This document shows, piece by piece, positions 38,635-51,810 of a stretch of 64,000 nucleotides of DNA (position 1 is the stretch's first letter; every line of letters begins with the position of its first letter). The position numbers were made by a program, and so were the translations under genes. Below the pieces are notes generated by a model. That model worked only from the letters and a program-made list of their open reading frames with translations. It did no database searches and had not been told where the DNA came from. The DNA is from Callorhinchus milii (Eukaryota), in assembly GCF_018977255.1 (NCBI RefSeq), contig NW_024704743.1, positions 80,044,001-80,108,000 on the forward strand, read 5' to 3'.

Positions 38635-38870
38635 CTTCCATGATCTTTTGCAATCTTTGAAAAAATAAAAGAGTTTCCTCTACATGTCCTGGCCAGCAAT
38701 CCCTTGAATAAATTTGGTCGCTAACTTCATGGCTGTTTGTGTGTCATTACTGTGTCCAAATTGGCTGTTGTGTCGCCTACAAATACACCTTATAGTAAAT
38801 TCTGTGAAGTACTTTGAGATGTTTTCATATTATGATAAGGCACTGCATCAAATCAAGGGTTATTATTCTC
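38635..38870 (+). mobile_element. Deu-domain SINE 3' fragment
   Basis: gtcctggccagcaatcc...ttcatggctgtttgtg...tctgtgaagtactttgag...ttattatt. Confidence 0.7.
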
Positions 38871-41459
38871 GTTATCACGTTGCGCTTAATTCACATCTTA
38901 ATAAGCTGCGCAGTGCTATCAGCTGAAGTTTCAAAGCAGACAGACACTAACTGTGCTGTGATTCTTTCGCAGCATGAGCTTGAGCTGCCAGGCATGACTT
39001 TTAAGGAAAAGGAAATAAACCCTGAACTTTAGAGAGATTGCTCAGCGAAGTGCTCGGTCATACTTTGGCTGCTGTTCAAAACTTTCAAAACCAAAATTTT
39101 ACAAGCAAGGCCAGGTCACCTTTGATGACTTGGCAGTTGTGGTCATACTGGAAAATCCACTTCCTTTCAGAAGCCGGAGTTGGAGATTTTTCTGAATGAA
39201 TCTGCCCGACGTAAATAACCTTTTTTGGCTTTTCTGAATCATCGGCTCGCCTTATTATCAAAAATGTGAGTTGGAGGCAAGAACAGGATGTATTGTTGGC
39301 CCGTGTCTGTGCTGTAAATTGCTATTGTTTGAAAATTAAAAGGGCAGCAGGCCACACTGTTATGAGAAGTAAAGGCAGCGTGGCCCAAGTTTAGGAATAT
39401 TTACGCAGCATGGAGTGCCAAGACTTGCATTATGTTTTAGTCACCGATGGACAAAAAAAAGAGCAAATGTCTTCATCAATATGGGCTTGGATTTACAAAG
39501 ATCACACAGCAGTAATTTTCATTTTCCAATTCTTTTGTCCGAGTGCATTTGCATCAATGTATTGTGCCAGACAAGATTAGTGAGTACATTTTTACTATTA
39601 CTGACAGGAAAACAATGAACTTCTCCTTTGGCAGAGACAGGAAAATTCGATTAGGTACAGAATTGAGCCATCATAGCCCCATTTACACTGCAGAGTTCAT
39701 GCCAGGGTGAACACAGTATATGCCAAAATCAATTGGTATGAGCAGAAACTCTTCACAGTAGTATATATGTCCCAGTGTACATTAGTATATACACCCAGCC
39801 CAGGTGCAAAGTCAGCTTGTAATGTCCTCCCGATGTGAAAAGCACTTCATAAATGTACATTGTTGTTGTTGTATGAATTCATCTCTGGTCATTAATGTCA
39901 AACAGTGCATCTTTAGCCCTGGACAAGTGTAAGCACGGCTTTGATTTGACACAAAATTGTCATACAGCCCTGGCTCAAACCAGCAGAATAGTGTCAATGT
40001 ATTGTGCCAGACGAGATTAGTGCAGGTAAAATCCTCCCTTTTTCCCCCACCCCAAGATGGCCTTAGCACAGTGGTAGAGTTTGACTACAATTACGCAGTC
40101 ACTACGCTTTGCAGAAAACTCCATGAAGTGCTTTGAGACCTATTATTATTTTGACATGGTAGGGCATGTCATCAAATACAAACATTATAAAATTATTATA
40201 CAGTACAGTTGGAGGGCTGAAGTCTGACCCACCATTACTCCATCTGCCTGCCTCAGAGTCCCATGTTTCCTCTTTGGTAGAGATCAGCCTGGGAGGGAAG
40301 AAAGTCAAATCATCAGCTTTGACAGGGAATACCTGACAGTTTACCCTTATGTAAAAGTAAAACTAAAATATTACTTTGTGTACAGAAGCCACACAAAGTC
40401 CAGCTGCATTCCAGTTCAGGAGGTTCGACAGTCACATCACTGAGCGTGAGCTAGAGCAGCAGCCTCTAACAAAAAACAAGAATAAACCATACAATCAGCA
40501 CTTTACAAATTAATAATCCTTTTGGAGACAAAACGTCTGAATGCTGGTTTACAATAAGCATCATCTTTATTTGAATGGACAACCAGCGTTATTTTCGGGA
40601 TTTAGAGAGACAATGGGCGAGCTCCATTAGCTACACAGGAAGGCAAAGTGCTGCCTGGCTTGTCCAAGACAAACCTGTGCCTCCTGATTGCAGAGTGAGT
40701 CTGATCTTACGGTCTCCATGCCTACCTCTGGGAAAACACAAGATATCAATCCTCCTAACAGCATAAGTGGAAATGTATTCCTTGAACATAGGTTTATAGG
40801 AATAAGCAGCTGCTTTGTGAATTAAAATAAAATAGTGCATTAGCTGGGTTTTTAGTCTTTGTGCTCTCCGAACCATAGAATAATGACCTTGTTAAATGTG
40901 TCACTGTAAAGGCCGGAGCCTTGCTTGCTTTTCAATGATACACTGGAGTCTTGTCAATCGCAGGCTTTATTTTGTTTGCACTCCGCAAACTGCTGTGTCC
41001 TTAGTCAGTGACTAATTGACGGGCTGATGTGAACTGTTAAGTCAGGAAGTGACCACTGCCTGATGGAGCTCTGCAGCAGCTAATGACAGCCATTAAATCT
41101 CAGGACAAGGTGGTAGAATCGTCTCTCAGTATAGAACCTATTTCCAAGTCAGTCATCACAAACTGTATGCAGACCTGAGAGGAAATGACACCCACATTTA
41201 GAAAAGAGCTCTTGTGTAAACAGACAAAAGCACTGATGGCATCAAGAAACATTTTCGGAGGAAATGTTCACAAGATGGAAAAAAATAACCTAGGTAAACA
41301 ATACGGGTTTTTGTGGGAATATCCCATTTGCAAGCAAGAAATTTGTTCTATAAACAAAAGGTTATGTTGGAGAATCAATTCTAAATCAAGTTTGGTTGTA
41401 ATCTTTACGACTGGAATAGAAAGACTGCATCTTGCAATAGGTCTGAAATATTTCATTTA

Positions 41460-41810
41460 ATAAAATCCTTGAATTTTATAATAGCTCCTTATCACATCAA
41501 AATGGTTCTTAAGCGCTTCAGAGTTTTTCTGTGAAGTGTCGTGACTTTGCATTTGTAGGCAAACATAGCAGCCAATTTGCACACAGAAAAATCCTACAGA
41601 CAGCCATCATGTGAATGACCAATTTTATTAATTTAGAGGGTTGTTGGCCAGAATTCTGGGAGAAATGTTGTTTTCTATTTTATTACTCCATGGAATCTTT
41701 AACATCTTCCTGAATAGGCAAGATGGAGCCTTAATTTAACATCTCATCTGAAGAACAGAACCTCTGATAATACAGCATTCCCCAAGCATTGCATTAGAAT
41801 ATCAGTCTTA
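41460..41810 (-). mobile_element. Deu-domain SINE
   Basis: ccatggaatctttaacatc...tttaacatctcatctgaaga antisense core. Confidence 0.8.
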
Positions 41811-42506
41811 ACTTGCGTTTTGCTGGATTATAGCTCCCTGGAGCACAGTGAGGGTGGGTGGTCAGTGACTCGGGCATGCACACATTTTCCCCGTCCCTCC
41901 TTGTTTCTCCCCATGCGCTGAATGGCTCGAGAAAGGAGGAAGTAATGCAGATTATGCAAAATCACACTGCAGCCACCAATAAGTGTTGGTGGCCGCACAC
42001 TGAGGCCATCAAAATAAATTGTTTGAAAACCACTGCTCTAGACTATGAGATCAGAGTCCTGATGTGTGGCTTGAACTCACAAACTTCTGAGGTCATATCT
42101 CCTGCTGCACAAAGTGAGGCACTGCTGGAGATCCTGTGCTCCATTGTGGCTCTTGAGGCTTTTCCCATCAATATGTTTAACATGCCCCAGGTCAGCTCAG
42201 TGTGATCTCCTACAATGCTTGTTTTTGACATGACATGATCATTATGTCTCCATGTGTTAAATCTGCAACTGTGAATATTCCTTCCAGTCTCTCTATTTAG
42301 ATATTTAGGTAATGGGACATTCAAGTAAAGTATATAGCAATCATAATTTATATTTATTTGGAGCCTTTCAGTGTGGGATATACACAGTCACTACACATTA
42401 CAGTAAATCATGTGAAGTGCTTTGAGACATCTCCGTGATGTAAAAGGAACTATCGAATATGACGATTATTATTTTTTCATGGTTGGCAGGTGTGCGTGTT
42501 GAAGTA

Positions 42507-42827
42507 GTGTGGAGTCCTGCAGCTCAGTGGTTAGAGCACTTGCTTTGCAAGTGAGAGACCTGAGTTCAATTCCAGGCAGAGGGCGAAACCTTGGGCAAGT
42601 TTCCTTACTCCACACGCCTAATAATAATCCCTCCAAAACCAAAAACAATAATAAATTGGGCATTTTCAATCTACGACTGTTTGTGGGACATTGCTGTGCA
42701 CAATTGGCTGCCACGTTCGCCCACAAATATACAGTCAATTCACTTTACAGTGTGTTCTGTGAAGCGCTTTGGGACGTCCTCCCGATGTGAAAAGTGCTAT
42801 ATCAAATGCAAGGATTATTATTATTAC
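42507..42827 (+). mobile_element. Young full-length tRNA-Ala-like SINE (short subfamily) with L2-type tail
   Basis: A box agctcagtggt, anticodon-like arm cttgc-tttgcaa-gtgag, B box gagttcaattcc, stem-loop agcgctttgggacgtcctcccgatgtgaaaagtgct, (TTA)n tail. Confidence 0.95.
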
Positions 42828-42912
42828 TTTACGCAGCTGACTGGGAGCCATTTATAAGTTTCTCAATTCCACCTAATCTTACCGTGTAAGACTATTTGAC
42901 TCAAAATTTAAG

Positions 42913-43530
42913 ATAAGAACATAAGAATTAGGAGCAGGAGTAGGCCATTCGGCCCATCGAGCCTGCCCCGCCATTCGATAAGATCATGGCTGATCTTCAG
43001 ACCCAACTCTAATTACCAGCCCTATCCCCATATCCCCTAATCTCTCTATTTTTAAAAAATCTATCAGTCTCAGCCTTGAAGATGTTCAAGGACTGAGCAT
43101 CTACAGCCTTCTGGGGTAGTGAACTCCATAAATTCACTACCCTCCGAGTGAAGAAATGTTTCCTCAACTCTGTTCTAAAAGGCTGACCCTTAATTTTAAG
43201 ACTGTGACCCCTAGTTATAGATTCTCCTACCAAGGGAAACAGTCCCTCAGTGTGTCTACTTTATCCAGCCCTTTAAGAATTTTATATTTTTCAATAAGAT
43301 CTCCCCTAATTCTTCTGTACTCTAGAGAATATAGCCCTAGTTTATTCAGCCTATCCTCATAGGTCAGTCCCCTCATCCCAGGAACTAACCGAGTGAATCT
43401 ACGCTACACCCCCTCTAAGGCAAGTATGTCCTTTTTTAAATAAGGAGACCAAAACTGCACACAATACTCTAGGTGCGGTCTCACCAAGGCCCCGTACAGT
43501 TGCAGCAAGACTTCCATACTCTTGTACTCT
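42913..43530 (-). mobile_element. CR1-like LINE 3' end inserted into a MITE
   Basis: ITRGHSLKIKGQPFRTELRKHFFTRRVVNLWSSLPQ; ataagaacataagaa tail; MITE-like sequence on both flanks. Confidence 0.95.
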
Positions 43531-43569
43531 AAGATGGTGCAGAAATTGTAAAAAATTCTTAAATTGTCA

Positions 43570-43850
43570 TTCGGATGAGACATTCACATCTGCCTGTTCA
43601 GGTGAGCATTAAAGATTTCCATGACACTATTCAAAAAGAGAAAGGAGTTTCTCTCAGTGTCACCAATAATCCCTCAGATAAAATTGGTCATTCACTTCAT
43701 GGTTGTGGGATATTGGTGTTTGCAGATTGGCTGCCCTATTCACCTACAAAGTGCACAGTTTCTACACTTTACAGTAGATCCTGTGAAGCGCTTGAGACAT
43801 CCTTCCACTTTGAAAGTTATTCTATCAAATGCAAGGATTTTTATGATGAT
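43570..43850 (+). mobile_element. Deu-domain SINE
   Basis: cggatgaga...tctgcctgttcaggtg...aaagatttccatgacactattcaaaaagag. Confidence 0.8.
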
Positions 43851-44484
43851 TTAACTCATAATCATTTTAAATGGATGACTTCATACCAGCTCACTGATCA
43901 TTGGAAATAATCTATTATTATTTACCCATCACAGCCCTGCATAAACTTGAGGACTTTCATCCAACAAGCAAAAAATGCACATTTTTCAAAGTCTGAAGCA
44001 GGCATTTAGTTTCAGTCATAATGAGAGGAAGTCAGGAGGGTGGGCAAAAATCTATACCTGATAAAAGCAGCAATCATTTAACAAGAACTGGGGCCAATGC
44101 AGGAAGAGCGAATGAGTGGGTATTATGAAAACAAATTGTAAGTGGGACAGAGTACTTTCTTCCTCTTCTATCAGTATGTGAAAGCTGCCCTCAATTCCAT
44201 TTTCTATTGACATTATGTATATGTGTGACATATACACTGCCTCTCTGGCTATTTTTCCAGCCTGCAACGCCTACTTCATCACAGCACCAATGAGATGACT
44301 GAGACGGAAGTACTGCCCCTGACAGTGCACCTGATCTTGTAATTTACCAGATGCTATGTTTATCGGAATGTTTTACATTACAACAACCACCCACCCACCC
44401 GTTGTTTCTCTTCCACAGCATCTAGCTTCCAGAGAAGGTAGCAGCTAGCTTTCATTAATGCGCACTGCCTGCTGAACTGCTGTC

Positions 44485-45040
44485 ACCTGTCATCTGGATT
44501 ACTCTAACTCACTCATCGCCGGTCTCCCCAGCTTCACTATTCAAAAAACCCAGCTCATTCAGAACTCTGCTGCCCGCATATTGACCCAGACCAAATTCCG
44601 TACCCCCATCCTACCAGTTCTGGCCAGGCTCCACTGGTTCCCCATCATCAAATGGATTGACTTCAAGATCCTCACACTCATCTTCAAATCCCTTCACTCT
44701 CTGACACTTCCCTACCTCTCCGCCTCCTCACTCCCCAATGCACCACCTGGTGCTTCTGCTCAACCGGCACCAGCCGCCTGCTTGACCCTCGTACCTCTGC
44801 ATTGGAGGTCGAGCATTCAGCCATTACGCCCAGAAACTCTGAAACAGTTTTCCTCAATCTCTCCGCCTTGCCCCCTCTCTCCCCTATTTCAAGTCCCACC
44901 TGAAAATCTTCCTTTTCAACCATGTTTATCGTTACCTCCACCCACCCCACCCCACTCGGATTCAGGCTCCGCCACTGTTAAGCACTCTGAGACGCTACCC
45001 TGAGTGGAGGGCGCTAATCTAAGTGCAAGTTGTTGTTGTA
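44485..45040 (+). mobile_element. L2-like LINE 3' portion
   Basis: [31 protein letters not shown]; gcaagttgttgttg tail. Confidence 0.9.
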
Positions 45041-45212
45041 AGTTGTGTAATCGTGCCCTCTGCAGTAACTACTGAATGTGGTGTCATTTTGAACCTGTCC
45101 AGTGGACTTGAAGTGTTTTATATACTTCAGTATATATTTTGTTAACATTTCTCCTGATGTGAAAGGCGTCATACAAATGTAATTTGTTGTTGTTGCAGCA
45201 AAAACTTGCAAC

Positions 45213-45630
45213 AAATAATCTTGGTATTTGATATGGGTCTTTTTAAGTAATTGAAATGTCTCAAAGAGCTTCCCAGGATTTTCTTTAAAGTGGAGTGACA
45301 GTGTATTTGTAGACGGACACAGCAGCCAAATTGCACACGATGTCCACAACAGCTATAAAGTGAATAACCAATGTTTTATTTGGAATATTACTGGCCAAAA
45401 GTGCTGCTTGGCCTGATGTCTACATGCATGCACCTTCTAACATGGGTCCCACTTTTGGCTGGAGAAACTCCCTTTGCTTTTTGAATGGTGTCACGGCATC
45501 TTCAACAATGTAGCACTCTCCCAGCACTGCCCTGGAGTGTCAGGCTAGACAATGAGCTCAAAGGCTCGACACTGTGAACCCACACCCTTTTGATCCAGAG
45601 ACCACAGTGGTACCAATCAAGCCCAACTGA
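45213..45630 (-). mobile_element. Deu-domain SINE (degenerate)
   Basis: ggagtgtcaggctaga...gagctcaa...gaacccaca antisense head; tail at left. Confidence 0.65.
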
Positions 45631-45659
45631 CATATACTGCAAAATGTGCAATGCCGCAC

Positions 45660-45752
45660 TCTGTTCATTATCCAGGGACCCTTTGTGGAAGGTGAATGCA
45701 TGTAGACATCAGGCAAAGCAGGATCGGGCTCGGCTGTGATGCCCCTTGCCTC
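45660..45752 (+). repeat. Old SINE-like repeat (family F)
   Basis: tatccagggaccc...caggatcgggctcggctgtgatgcccc. Confidence 0.6.
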
Positions 45753-46902
45753 CTAACACTCGCCATCAAAGCTTCAGATACATAAATAAATAATAATCAC
45801 CTGGGCAAGCTATTGGAAGGCCTATTAAATCATGCCCCAGCAGAACGTGAAGTAACAAAAATAACTTGTATTTATAGAGCACCCTCCGTGTAGGGTAAAG
45901 TCTTGAAAGCTCCTTACAGGGAGGTTGGGGGAGGGAAGTATGAAGGTAACCAGGCATGTTGAAGAGATAGGATTTCAAGAGGGTTTTGAAGACAGATAGA
46001 CAGATAGACAGACAGAGAAATTTAGGGAGTGGGTTCTAGAGGGTACAGGCATGTGTCAGAAAAGCTCGAAATAAAGTACTCAAAGTCCCTCCAAGCGAGG
46101 AGAATAAATTCTGCGTGCCTCAGCTTCTATTTCTTAAAAGAGTCTGAAAAAAAAGATGCTGACTAAGTTATCTGAAATTACAGAATATAACACATTTTAG
46201 TTCTCACAGTTTTGTGTGAAAAAGAAACAAAATAATTTTCTGTGCACCCTAAAGACTCTCATTTCCATCAGCCACGGGACATTACCCAGATCACTTGAAG
46301 TCGGCTCATTTCCCATCAGTAACCAAAGAGTAAAGTACCGACCGGAATAAAAACAATAAACACTCTTCTCACAAAATCACTCAAGACATTCAGACGAAGA
46401 AGGCCCTTCGGTTCATTTGATCTCGTTTCTTCCCAGCCAGCAATTTAAAGCCATTTGAAATGACCTCTTGACCTGCAAGGCGTTATCTGAATGTAAATTG
46501 TATTCTATTGTAAAAATACCATCCTATTATCTGATTGTTTGCCTTCGATATACACAATCATTACATTTTACAGTAAATCCTGTGAATTGCTTTGAGATGT
46601 TCTCCTGATATGAAAGGCACTATATTAAATGCAGGGATTCCTATTATGACAGTATCAAATATTTCTTAAATTAATCCACTATCCTAGCCTCTACCACCCT
46701 TCCTAGTACCCTCTTTTGAAGCAAATGTAGAGCAGTTGGCTGGTGTTTCCCAGCTAAATGGAAAATCAAATTGGAGCATAAGTGCTGAGGAGTGTTCGGC
46801 TTTGAGACTGAGTTGCTGTCATACCTGCTGTTTCTATTTTCCTATCAGCAGTAAGCTAGAGTTAACAACAAGTTAATCTTGCACAGTTTTCTCGTAAAGA
46901 AT

Positions 46903-48668
46903 ACAACAACAGCAACTTGCATTTATATAGTGCCCTCCACCCCGCGTGGCGTCTCAGAGCGCTTAGCAATAGTGGAGTCCGAGGCTGAGCCAGGAGGAGG
47001 GGGAAGGTGACCGTAGGCGCGGTCGAACAGGGCCGAAGTGAAGGGTTTGAGGGAGGGAGTTCCAAAGTTTCAGGGCGAAGTGGCTGAAGGCACGACTGCC
47101 AATGGTGGAGCAGAGGATTCGGGGCACACGGAGGATGCCTCATCGAGTAGAGCAGAGGCAGCGGGTACTGCTGTGGGGAGAGAGGAGGTTAGAGAGATAG
47201 GGGCGTGCCAAGGAATGGAGGGATTTGAACACTAAAGTGAGGATCTTGAAGTCGATCCACTCTGTGACAGGCAACCAGTGCAGTTTGGCAAGGACTGGAG
47301 TAATTGGGGTGCGGAGTTTGGTGCGGGTGAGAATGCGGGCGGCAAAGTTTTGAATGAGCTGAATTTTGTGAATAGTGGAGGAGGGGAGACCAGCAAGGAG
47401 GGCGTTAAGATAGTCCAGCCAAGAGGTGACGAAGACGTGGACAAGGGTTTCAGCAGCTTTTGGGGTGAGGTATTGTCAGAGACAGGCAATGTGATGAAGG
47501 TGGAAGAAAGCAGTGCTGGTCAGGGACTAGATGTGGGGTAGGAAGGATAACTGGGGATTGAACCTGATGCCTAAGTTGCGCACGGGCTCGGAGAGTTTTA
47601 AGGACTGGTCGGGTAGGTTGAGGAGTTCGGAATCGTGGGACAGAAGATATCGCAGGGAGCCAAAGTGTATCGCTTCTGTCTTGTTGACGTTTAGCTGCAG
47701 GAAATTTGCCCTCATCCAGCTCTTGATGTCCGACCAACAAGCTGAAAGAACATCAGGGGACTGGAAGTGGAAAAATCGAGTTGAATGTCATCTGTATACA
47801 TGTGGAAGTTAAGCCCGTGTCTGCAGGTGACATCACCGAGAGGGAACATTATAGATGAGGAAGAGAAGGGGGCCAAGGATGGATTGCTGGCGTACCCCGC
47901 AGGTGACCGGGTGGAAGTGAGAAGAAAAGCCATTTGTAGAAATGTAGTGCTGGTAGTTTGTAAGGTAGGACTCAAAACAGTCTCTCCACTCAGGATCAGT
48001 TGCACTGAGATGGATGATGGAGGACAGGCGGTGGAGGAGGATGGCATGATCGACTGCGTCAACCGCGGTGGAGAGGTCCAAGAGGATGAGGATTGAGAGG
48101 GAGCCCTGGTCACACATAATGAGGATATCGTTTGTGACTTTCATGAATGCTGTCTCTGTACTGTGGTCGGGGTGGAAACCGGACTGGAGGGGTTCGAGTA
48201 AGGTGTGGAGGGAGAGGTGTGCACAAAGTTGGTTGGCAACAATGAGTTCCAGAGCTTTGGCAAGGAAGGGCAGGTTTGAGATAGGGCAGTAGTGGTTGGA
48301 GGGATCGAGAGTTTTTTTAAGGAGGAGGGTAATGACCACGGTTTTGAGGCGGAGTGGGACTGATCCTGATTGGAGAGACTGGTTAACAGTGCCTGCCAGC
48401 AGTGGGCAGAAGAGGGGGAGCGGTGTGATCAGCAGTTGGGTGGGGAGGGGATTGAGGCAGCAGGTGGTTTCATTGTGTTGATAGTGGATGAAAGGGAGGA
48501 AGGAGAGATGGGGACAAATATATGTAGGATGGGGGCCATGGTAGGAGCTGAGGGCGTGGTGGGTGAAGGAGATGGAATAAGGGTGGTGGTTGGCGACACG
48601 GGACAGAAGGATGAAGCTGCCAGGCGGATGTTGTCAATTTTAGAGGTAAGGAAGTCCATGACCTCCAT
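46903..48668 (-). mobile_element. L2-like LINE, longest copy (~1.75 kb), frameshifted ORF2
   Basis: LDPSNHYCPISNLPFLAKALE, LQSGFHPDHSTETAFMKVTNDIL, LLDLSTAVDAVDH, NFHMYTDD, FLQLNVNKTEAI, VRNLG. Confidence 0.95.
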
Positions 48669-49034
48669 GAATACTGATACTTGTTTGTCACTGCTGCAGG
48701 TATTGGAATTTCCACCAGCTAAATCAAGATGAAGAGACACTGGAATATTTATAGATTATTTAGAAAACCAGCAAATGATGAAGCAAGATCGTTAGTTTCA
48801 GTTTCTAAAACATCCCCACAAAGATAACAATTTTCGGTAACTTGAAGTACGGAATGTAGACTGCTAACTCATCAACTTTGTTTTATATTGAGCACTCAGG
48901 TGAAAGTCTGAGCACTGTAGTCCAATGCAACACCAAGATTCACAAGAGAAGCCGATAAGTCAACATGGTTAGCAATGAGTTAACTAACATTTGTCCATCT
49001 TTTTCATCTTCTTTCTTGCTAAGCTGCTACTACT

Positions 49035-49345
49035 GCAAAGTGACTACATATTTGTAGGCAAATGAGGCAGCCAATTTGTGCACAACAACCTTTCACAGAT
49101 AGCCATGAAGTGAATGACCAATTTATCTGGAGGAATTTGGGCTGGGCCACTGGGAGAAATTCCCTTCACTTTTCGAATGCCATGGGAACTTTAATATCCA
49201 ACTTAACAGGCAGGTGGGATCTTAGTTTAACATCTTATCTGAAGGACGGCACCTCCAACAATGCATTGGATTATCAGCCTAGACGATGAGCTCAAAATCT
49301 TTATGTTGGGTTTGAATCTGACCCAGAGGGGATTCTAACCCATAA
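49035..49345 (-). mobile_element. Deu-domain SINE
   Basis: gccatgggaactttaatatcc...tttaacatcttatctgaaggacggcacctcc. Confidence 0.8.
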
Positions 49346-51810
49346 ACAATGTATATTGTTATGTACTACACTTCTCAGCCCTCATCATTATCTTGCATTT
49401 TTCTGAATTGAATATTATTTCCTACAACTTGCAATTACTTTCAAGAAAACAACAACACATTACATTTGTACAGCACCTTTCACATCAGGAAGACATTCCA
49501 ACATGCTGAAATACTTGCATTTCAAATAGGACTAAATCTCAAATCCTTCACAGGGATGGCGAGGTTCCCTAAACAAGGTGGGAAGAGAACAGGGTGAGTC
49601 TGGGGGGAAAAGTGACTAAAAATACATTCAAAGAGGTAGATTTTTAGGAGGGTTTTGAAACCAGCGAGAGAGAGGGTGTAAGGTGAAGGGACTTGGGAAG
49701 TGAGTTCCAGCAATAAAAGGTCGAAATCTGCATGAGTTTCAGTGACCGAAGACTCAGACAGTGCTCATTCCAGCCTTAATTGTGCGTGTCTATAGTAATT
49801 TAACTGCAGGCAACCTGATTCTGTCCTCCCCTATTGACCATCCAGAGTAATGTTGTAGTGGAGGTGGTGGGAAGGGAATTAGATAGAGATCAGGAGCTGG
49901 AATGCATGCAGATCTTCCACCTGCCCACACTAAGCTGAATTGTTACACCTTACCTCACCCATTTACCTCATTGGTGGAACCATTCTGGAGCAGTCAATGC
50001 ATTCCGGGAGGAAGGAAGAAACAGTGCAAGAATTGGCTAAATTATATTAAGAATCCATGACTGTTTGTGGGACACCACAAAAAGTATAAAGTCCATTCAC
50101 TTTACAATATATTCTGTGAAACACTTTGAGACATCTCAGTAATGTAATAAGGCACTATATCAAATGCAACACTTATTATTATAAAACCTGTACATCCAAG
50201 AACCAGACAACTGCAATGGTAAATAAAGATCTTTCAAATAGTGTCTGTTACAACTACTGTGATAACCATTGACTATTTGATTTTAATTCTGCATTTAATG
50301 AATTTTGGTGATTTATGATATCTTTGGAAACACTCAATTGGATTACTGATTAATACACTTGTTTCCAGTATTATTGTCCAATAGCCTGCGGACAAGAAAC
50401 AGTGTGAAGGCTGTACACTGTTTGTATTGTTTAAAGTGGCCAAGTCTTCACAGAGGAAATGTTCAACAAACTTTGTTTTTGTTTTGAAAGGAACAAAAGG
50501 CATGAATCATTATTGTTGTGTACTGTCAGATTTCCAGTATACATAACTACACAGACAGTTATACCAACCAGAAAAAAACTTACTTTGCCCTTTCCCCCAC
50601 CTTCCCAGTTTGTAACTGAAATCCAACGCAGACATTTGAATTAAATTTGACTGGAAAGGCCATGAAATTGAAGTTGGAAAATGGCACCTCATTACTTTGA
50701 ACCAAGTTTGCATTTTGCAAACAGGTATACTTGACTGTATTGTAATCTCCAACGAGCCCCGTCCCCCACCTCCTAACTGGATCTCTGTATAAAGTTTACA
50801 TTCTCATCTCAAGCACAAGTGTAATAGCACAGACAAAATTGCAGAAAATGTGCAGAATAGATTACAGAATAAGCAGGTATCTGGTGAAGCAAGTTTAAAT
50901 GTTGCTTTGATGGTGGGCGGGCAATAATGGCCAGTGCCTCCCATATTGAACCCAGAGTGGGTCTGGGTAAAGCTATTCTCTGGGGTGGGGCACTCCCAAA
51001 TATGATGTTCGGGAGACGTTTTAATGGATTTTGTGTCCATATAGTGTCATATACTACATTTCCCACCAAACTCTCGAATAGACGTTGCATTTCAAATCAA
51101 TTCATGCTGCATTTTCTTTCTTTCTGAGGGGTTGTTTGGTAACTGAATGATCAATCTTAGATCTTTCTTACAAAATCGTGATTATAAGCTTGGTTTGGAT
51201 GAAGGCCATTTGGCTAATATGATCTCATCCTTCCAGAACATCCGTTCTCCTCAACCTTTCACTTTCTCTCGCTTCCCATCACTTGCATACACAGTAATGA
51301 GCAACAGGAACACAGAAGTCCATTGCAGCATTTCAGGCAGTAAATGACCTGTTTCATGGGATAGTTTATTTTGGGGGTAGTATTTTACCTTTCAGAGATG
51401 TGAAGACATCAAGTACTAGGGACTACTATGAAAAATACATTTTCCCCTCTCCTGTGCACTAGATTTCTCCAAGATGTCTTATCCAAAGGACGGCCTTCGG
51501 ATGCAGCACAAAACCAGTACTGGTGTGTCAGCCTGGACTGAGCTCAAAGTCCCGATGTGAGGCTTGAACCCATAACTTTCTGACTCAGAGGCAAGAGAAC
51601 TCCCAACTGAGTCAGCCTGCACCTGTGACACTTATAACAATAATGGCCTCTTTTTTCTTTCTGCTCTCAGTTGTGTACATGAAGAGTTCCAGTAGCTGGT
51701 TGACTTGTCAAGGTTGACCCTTGTATCACTGTGAGGGCATGCAGATTTCACAGCTTCACTGACTTCTGCTTTGCCAAAGCTCAATGGACATTGCCATTAG
51801 CAAACAGCAA

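Noticed and set aside
42510..42585. tRNA-Ala gene
   Set aside because: A/B boxes and anticodon arm are present, but there is no acceptor-stem pairing and it continues into a SINE body; it is a SINE head
45991..46015. (GACA/GATA)n tract
   Set aside because: Short ordinary microsatellite inside an L2 remnant
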